Shown: positions 55,818 to 64,000 of the stretch, piece after piece | Numbering within the stretch: position 1 is the first letter of the stretch | Layout: the number at the start of each line of letters is the position of its first letter | Source: Paragordius varius | Taxonomy: Eukaryota > Animalia > Nematomorpha | Direction: 5' to 3' | DNA: 64,000 bases | Assembly (NCBI GenBank): GCA_964247055.1 | Contig: OZ176052.1 | Location: 3,224,001-3,288,000, forward strand | The notes under the pieces: generated by a model | Database searches by the model: none | Told to the model about the DNA's origin: nothing | What the model saw: the letters and a program-made list of their open reading frames with translations, nothing else | Position numbers and translations under genes: made by a program

Positions 55818-58457
55818 TACGATAAGTGAGGTTCACTAAATTTTATCGAATGTATATAATAAATTGTTTGTTTTGAAACAACACCTCTTTAAATTAAATA
55901 TTGGTAAAACATGGGAATAATATCTAAGGTATAAATTTATAATTATCCATTAATTATATCCTAATTTTTGTACGTAATATTCTTATATGACTTTACAGAC
56001 ATGAAGCCATAAATGACATAATTAAAAGTATGACATTGAAAACGCAGTAAGAGATCATCTATATTATGTAATTTCTAGAAAAATAATTTTTGTTTTATCT
56101 CTTTTTAAAAAAAACCTTTATGGGAATTTAATTATGAATAAAAGTTGGCACAGATGAAAATTTTTGATGATATTAAATGATAATTTGGCAAATCAGAATT
56201 TTTACCAGATATTTTATATTTAATAAAAGTATTGGGTGATTTAACATTTAAAGATATTTAAAATTACTAAAAATTATAAACACCAAATCGACTTGCGCTA
56301 TAATGTGTCTTACGCCTTAATAATAAATTTACAAAAAACTGCGATATTAGGGCTTACATTGGTTAAAGAATAGCAAAAACAATTATGAACCAAAAATCAA
56401 ATCAATAAAATAAATATATGATGATTTTACAGTGTAAAGAAAGGAGATTCCTGATTTCATGATTCCCCTTTCTTGGTTTTTATAACGATTAGTATATTAA
56501 AGGTATTTAGAAAATAATTGAATTTTAAGTTTAATATTTATAAATTTGAAATTTAATGACAATGTTAAGTTAAGAACATCGACCATCAAAAAAGACAATT
56601 ATATTTTATCGATTCTTAATTTTAATAGTATCAATTGTTAGGTCTATATTTTAGTTAACATTAAACATAATTTAAATTTTAAAAAAGACTCGAGTCAATT
56701 TATAAATGTCAATATTGACAAAATGTGCAAAAGATGGATTTAATGTACTATAATTATATTATATATATTGTTTAATTTTGTTAATTTTTCCATGAAAAAT
56801 CTTTAACGTCATTATTTAATATTTTGAACTGTTTTTATACCGCGTTTCCGGTTGATTGCGAAAGAAATTTAAAGATTCATATCTCCCAATCTCGGTTAAT
56901 AGCATTATCTATCCCAATCGATTTTTTACATATGATAATTTTGGAGTCTTTACCTATAATATTGTTTATTGGTTTAAAAAGCCTTTAAACAACAAATTTG
57001 ACACAATGCACGTTTATTATTTGTTAACATTATAAGATATAAATATTTTCATCATTGTAGCTCCAGTGCCACTGTAAATAAGGTCATTAGCAAGAACTTT
57101 TCCATTTTAAAAATATTTCTCATCATAGATTTTTGGGAATTAATGGGTTAATTACGGACATAGAACAAACTAAACCGTTTTGATAACATTATTTACAAAA
57201 ATAAATTAATATAAATTTGGATTATAGGAATATATTGTTATTGGGTTAACCGTCCTGCTCAATGTATTGAGAAATCGATTAAAATGTAAATCTTCTTGCC
57301 TCAAATGAGTTTACTAACCATAAAAACGGGAGAGATTGAATATTATATTTGTCATATTTATGTTACAAGTCATAAATTTGACTAGCAAACTCATTAGCCC
57401 AGAATTTTTTATTTGACATTTATTAAACAATAAAAAGAATTTACAACTCTCTTTGCTTTTTGCATCCTAAATCTGCCAAATAGTAATAAATATAATATCA
57501 TTATCAAGTCTTAATTATGTTATTGGCTAAAAGCCTTATTTTTCATATTTTCAGTCAAAAGCAAATTTTTTTAAGAAACGATTTTTTTCGCATGACAATT
57601 ATTACGTATTATATACCTTTCAAGCAGATCAACATTTTTTCAGTTGTCTTTGATTAAAAGTTGTCTTTGCTTGAATATTTACTTGAAAAGTTGCTTTTGA
57701 CCAAAAAATGGAATACTTCTTTATTGGTTGCGATAAAGTTTAAAAATTCCAAATAAAATCAATGAAATCAGTATACACATGCATTCGATGACGTTTAGGC
57801 GCTTTTTATGCAAAAATTCTTAACTTTTGGCAGAAAAATATTATTTGCGATTTTTTCCCATCGCTGTAACACATTATGATATGGTTTACAAATTACTAAC
57901 CTTATCTTTAAGGAAATTTTGTGCCAAGCAACTATATAATCTTTATTTTAATTTGGTCGGAATAAATAAAAGTGTAAGGTTTCCAATATCATATATCCTG
58001 ATAATTTAAAACTCGATTGAGAGAATCACCTCATCAATATATTTAAAAAATTTTCTCTCCTACAAATGTTTTTGAAATTGCATTAATGTCATTACTTTTA
58101 TTTAACTGCTTTATAATACATATTTCTGCAAAATTTGTGACTATTTTATGTGATAATATTTAAAGACATTATTTATAAAGTATATATAGAAGCTTTATTA
58201 TCTCTGTATTAATATAAAGGTTTTCCCAAAAAATTAAAAACAATATGAGATTAAGAATTTTTATTTCCAGAAAAATACTTTGGTTAAAATTTGAAAAACA
58301 CATTTTATTGGAACTTATATATTTTTAAATTAAAAAATTAGTTTGTGTAACATATTTTCATAAATATCGTATTTTACGTTACGCCTTCATTATTGCTACA
58401 AATACATTCATACTTAGTGATAACATATGTGCTATCGTTTCATTTGTTAGCGGGCTT

Positions 58458-61400
58458 ATGTTTTACGCACAGTTTGTATTAAGCAAAAAGGGTCCTTTAG
58501 CGAAAATATGGCTTGCAGCTCACTGGGAGAAAAAACTTACCAAGGCGCATGTATATGAAACATCCATTGAAAATAGTGTTGAAGGCATTTTACAACCCAA
58601 GGTTAATCATATTTTAATATCTTAGGTAAAAATGGCTTTAAGAACCTCTGGTCATTTATTGTTGGGAGTAGTTCGAATTTATAGCAGGAAAGCTAAATAT
58701 CTTTTGGCTGATTGTAATGAAGCTTTTGTTAAAATTAAAATGGCTTTTAGACCAGGTGCGATTGATCTACCTGCTGGTAACATTATTGGCAGCGGCATTT
58801 TAAATCTTGGGGAATTATATGATGCAAATATTACTTTAAGCGCAAAGGATGGTAATTTTTTAGCTTCAGTGATGCCAAGCACAACATTAACATTACCACA
58901 AGTCTTTCATCAGTTTGATACTGCCATGTCTGATTTAAAGTATGTATTTACATAATTTTTATTTATGTAATACATTTAAATTTACAATATAATTATTAGT
59001 GAAATTGATATGGCAAATGCCCTAAATCAAGCCAGAGAAGATGAAATCACTCTTAAAGAGGATTACTCTTTTGCTCATTTTAACGATGATGGATTTGGTA
59101 AAAATTATTATATTTCAAAAAATATTTACGTTCTAATAAGCTATATTTTTCCTGATAGGTATGATGACTGACTTTGGTGCTGATGATTTTTCAGTTCCGC
59201 CTGATAATTTGGGAGCAGACGATTTCGCTGTTACAGATGATTTTGGGGAGGGAATATATCGAAAGGCTAAAAAAAGCGGTGATTCAAAAGAAAATATCAT
59301 TGTATCGGCCTCACATTCTGACATAAAGTACCTTTTTAAATATATTTTACCGTTAAGGCAGGTTTTTTTGACACTTCGGTCTTTTTTCTAGGATGATTCT
59401 TAAATCATAGCATAAAGTGTTTATTTTAATTTTTGATATCTGACTTTTTAATATGTCTCCATTTTTAAATATAATTATGTACTGATATAATTTAAGGCCT
59501 CTTAATTTCTTTATTTTCTAATTTTGAATGTCGCACAAAGCCAACTTAAAATATACATATTTTTAATGGTGAAATGATTATGACTTTTTAAAACAAGAGT
59601 GGATTTTATATTATTCTACTCGTCAACTTTTATATTTTGACTGACTGTCATAAAGCATACATTTCCCATCACAACTATCCCAAAGCAGACAAAGTATTAT
59701 TTAAGTTATTCTGAGCCCAGCATAAAATTTTTAAAGGCCTAAAAAATATTTTTTTTGGAAGGATCACCATATAATACCGAAACATATTCTATAACTGTTT
59801 GACACATTTGCAGATATTAATGTTCCAAGTAATTATAATAAGTGATTTAGGGGCATGAAAAGTTTTAGAGCCGCGGTTTAAGTACCACTAAGTTAAATTA
59901 TGCCAGCATAAAAGAATTTGATTGTGAAAAAGTTAACCCTTATTATAGAAATTTTGTCATATATATATATATATATATAGATTAGAGGATGGAAGTGATT
60001 ATTTCCGTCATCAAGACGAGGATTCCGCCACTTCGCTGCTCTTAGATGCGAGTGCCCGAAATAGTAATAATCATCAAAACAACATTTTTTTGCTTGATGA
60101 AGAACAACAACATATGGAGGGCGATGGTGGAACAACTTCGTTTTATGGGAAACCGCTGAGAGATGATGGTTTTGGTGCCGCTATTGATGAAGCCGGATTA
60201 TTAGGTTCCTTGCCTTGATTTCAATAATTTAAGTCTGCCTATTGATTTTTTATTTGAGTTTAAGTTATTTTATTTAAAAATATGATAGTATAAATTTAAA
60301 TATGAAGTATCCAAACGCTGTTTTTTATTTTCTCTTAATAATTGAATTTTTTATGTTAAAATCATTTTGCTAATCATTAACACTGTTTATTCATAAAGGT
60401 AGCCTTTGTACTTTTTTAGCAGTAGTAAGGCTTAAAGGTAAAAGTAACCAAATCTATTTTAAATATTATTTAGTTTTACTTTTTGAAATTTTAAACTTAA
60501 GAAATATAAATTTAAACGAACACAAATTATTAATTAATAATTTGAATATACGTTTTAGGTGATGAATTTATGGGAGAAGCTGGTCTGTTTGATGAAGCAC
60601 CTTTGAGTGTTGCCTCTTTGGCCGACATAGGCGATGATGATATGGGAGATGCTGATCATACCCGTAAATAATATTTTGATGTTTTTCATTTATCTTTTTT
60701 GACGCATGAAAATTGTTAAAGATTTTTTTTGCATATTAAATGATTTCGTAATTGATCAGTTTTTTTTACTAATTATATAGTAAAAATTATCATTGTTTTC
60801 ATTCCTTTAGAATGAGGACATTTATTTAATCCTTTTGAGTCACATGCAATCAATTAACATAACAAATGGAAATAAATAAGATAGAGTAAAAATAAAATTA
60901 TACGGACAAAATGTAAAAATATAAAGACAAATTAGACAACCATACTTTTTAAATCTTAATTTATTTCAATATTAATCATTGTTTTGAATGGAAAAGTCTG
61001 AAATAGAGATATATAATACAAACACAATCAATTCTATATTATTGTTGCCTAAAAAAATTAAGGTTTTAAAAAGTATGGTTTATTTGTCATTATATTTTTA
61101 CGTTTTGTCCGTATAATTTCAATCTTTACTGTATTATATATAAGTAAACCAATTCAACCAAGTCCATTTTGCATTTTAATACTGTTATAAATATTCTCGA
61201 ATTATGTGATATCTAGTTATTTAAGAATTGATTTGTAGCATTATATAAAACACACTATACATTTATTCATATCCCCTGTTCCATATTTCGCCTGGCTATA
61301 ATAAAAAGCTGTTATAATCAAAATGAATATGCATTTGCCTAAACCTAATTAAACATTTTTTATTTCTAAATCTTTCAGTAATGGGTGATGGAGATGCCTT

Positions 61401-64000
61401 ATCAACTGGTATAATGAGTTTGTCAGAATATCCACCAATGACTCCGGCGCCTACTACTGGTATATATATATATTTATATATCTCTATAATTATTTTAATT
61501 TGTTTGTTCAAAATACTAGTTATTATCTTATAAAAAATATTCAAAAGTTATAATTTAATTAAATATTAATTTCATTATGATTTAGCTTCAACATCTAATG
61601 ATCAACAAATGGGGTTATCATATCTTGGAAGCACGTTTGACAAAAGGGAAGTTTTTGCTTTAGAACCATTGGATGTTACTGCTTTAACTGGTACTAGGAT
61701 ACATTTTTATAACGCATACTATAAATATTTTTCGTTAAATTATTTGCATTAGATTCGCCTTAATAATAATAGATAATACATTTCTCTAGATTTGATCAAA
61801 ATTTATTTTATGAATCATTTAATTGCTTTAAAATACCTATCTATATATATATGTTTTATACATGCAACTTGTAGCCTTTATATTGTAAAATCTGGGCCTT
61901 TTTTTATTACCTGAATATTTTTTTGGTCAACTTGAGCTAATTTTCCTAAGTAAACACTGTTAAGAAATTACTTTAGCGGAAATTAGTTGCTATTATTATC
62001 ATATCATTTTGATTTCAAACTTTTCCTCTATTCCCCACGTCTTATAATATAGATCAAACTGCTGGTTCCAGTCATCATAACTCAACATTAGCAGCCATCT
62101 CAAGTGTCAGCAGTACCAATGTGTCTAAAAATGGCAAAATTGATTCAGTTGGACAACCTTTGAGTGTAACGGATTCACCCCTTAACCTTCTTCAAGCAAC
62201 GACAGTAACCACAAGCTCTAAAAAGGGTGCCATCAACATTGAATCAGCTGGTACTGGCACGTCTTCCACGGGTCATCATTCGGTAGGAAGCAAACATAGG
62301 CGGCGCTTAATTGTTGATGCACAAAAGGGGATTGATGGTATATTTATATATAATATATATTACTTAAACTTTTTGCATTTGATTTATTTTGGTATGATCA
62401 AATATAAAAACACGTTTGTATATGCGAATGAAATAAATTAGATTTTGAAGTATTATTAAAATTTGGGTTATTAAGGGAACTGGGGTATTCTTTTTTTATA
62501 GCACGATTTTAAAATTTGAAATGGTTGTATATATGTTTTTGATTGTGTTTAGCTTCCATATTATTTGTGTTTATTTCAGTTATTTATGTTACTTTTCTAT
62601 TATTATCATTTAAACTCGTTTAGGAATGACCATTAATAATCATTATTTTGCCTGAATTTTTACGTGAATAACCATTATTTATATTTTTGCCCATACTTTG
62701 TATACCACTTTTTTACACGAACGAGTAAACCACCATAATAAATCCATTTTTTGCTCCAGCTTTTACACAAGTAATTTTTATTATTTCCCTTTCCCTCATA
62801 GGTGATGTTATATTATTTTAACTCGTTTAGGAATAACCATTAATAATCATTATTTTTGCCTGAACTTTTACCGAAATAACCATTATTTATATTTTTGCCC
62901 ATACTTTGTATACCACTTTTTTACATGAACGAGTAACCACCACCATAATAAATCCCTTTTTTGCTCTAACATTTTACTTACCTTTCCCTCCCTCATAGGT
63001 GATGAGATGCGAAAACAATTGAGTGATAGTAGTGACCTTGTGACGGATCTTAACCTTGCCCCACCAACTAAACGACTCATGCAATGGAAAGAAACGGGTG
63101 GATGCACTAAACTCATTAAAACTTTGCGTGGGTTCGGTTGCACCACGCGGTCAAAATCTCCGGCTCGTGTTCTTTTTGGCGGCACAATGACAGCTGGGCT
63201 TTCTTCGCAACCGTCATCCTCTGTTTCCTCTGGGGGTCCCTGCACAAATATTTTGGGAAGTGGTGGGGCATCTAATGTCAACAACATTAACACAAACACA
63301 ACTATGTTGGGACTCTTGACGGCCGCAACAGGCGCTTATGGAGTAACGGATTTCATGCTGGGAAAGGTAGGGGAAAAACTATTTGAAAATGTGTTGTAAA
63401 GAACGAAAAGTAATGTTTGTGTCTAGTTAAACGATGTTATGGTGATTTAGAATCTATATTCATAGGGCAATGAAATATATATTTTTTAAAAGGAATCATT
63501 TAATTTGTTCATTATAAAATTAGAATCTGTTTGGTTTATGAACACGATAATAACCCTTTTTGTTACGAACTTTATGACTTTTTTCATATTTTTAGTAAAA
63601 TTATATTATGAGCCACGCATAAATTAATTGGTTGTTCCTAAACCAAATAAACGCGTTAATAATTTTATTGTAATTAAGTTATTTTTACAAAATACTTTTT
63701 TATGCTGCTTTATTGATGAACAAAGTTTTCATAATTTTTAAATTTTCCACTCTTCTATATATTTTAAAAAAAGTTGGAATGTTATCGTAATTTTTTTCAT
63801 AAATACCCAAATTAATTTTCTGTCTTTTAGCCAAAATTAAATTTATATTGCAATATTCGTAATAGCTCTATCATCAAATTTTGAGTGTAACGAATCGTGC
63901 TATATCCGATATCGTGGCCCGTAGTGCAGTTCAACCCAATTTAACCCTACAAATGGCACCGGATGAATGTGGTGTTTCTTTAAGCGGCATTCCCAATGAG
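58458..64000 (+). CDS. RAD21: Cohesin kleisin RAD21/SCC1 (5' part; runs off the window)
   Basis: [32 protein letters not shown]...QPK|[34 protein letters not shown]; FALEPLD; RRRLIVD; [19 protein letters not shown]. Exons join in phase through GT-AG introns up to the window end. Confidence 0.97.
60884..61131. mobile_element. MITE family B copy in a RAD21 intron
   Basis: Same TIR and internal agacaaccatac block, flanked by TA. Confidence 0.8.
62613..63004 (+). repeat. ~190-bp tandem duplication spanning a RAD21 3' splice site
   Basis: 62613-62807 is closely similar to 62820-63004; both end ...ccctcatag|GTGATG. Confidence 0.9.

Overview
Very AT-rich metazoan genomic DNA with spliceosomal GT-AG introns and the standard genetic code; the species cannot be identified from the sequence. 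Eight protein genes are supported, in order: THADA (-), FAM8A1 (+, head-to-head with THADA), DNAJB12/14 (+), alpha-tubulin (-), class C GPCR 1 (+), an unusual single-pass Ig-like protein (-), class C GPCR 2 (-) and the 5' part of RAD21 (+). Introns and intergenic DNA carry a Chapaev3-type transposon relic and several MITE families (TA-TSD and hAT 8-bp-TSD types). The most notable observations are: (1) ultra-short 22-30 nt introns, at least two at ancestral animal positions, coexisting with kb-scale MITE-filled introns; (2) two divergent orphan class C GPCR paralogues with an altered amino-acid-binding pocket, flanking a membrane protein whose single Ig fold appears split by two ~100-aa loops, each with a furin-type site and one with a Tyr/Asp-rich tract; (3) a tandemly duplicated RAD21 3' splice site whose extra copy has lost its branch point. 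All gene models and alignments were made by eye, with no database search or RNA evidence.
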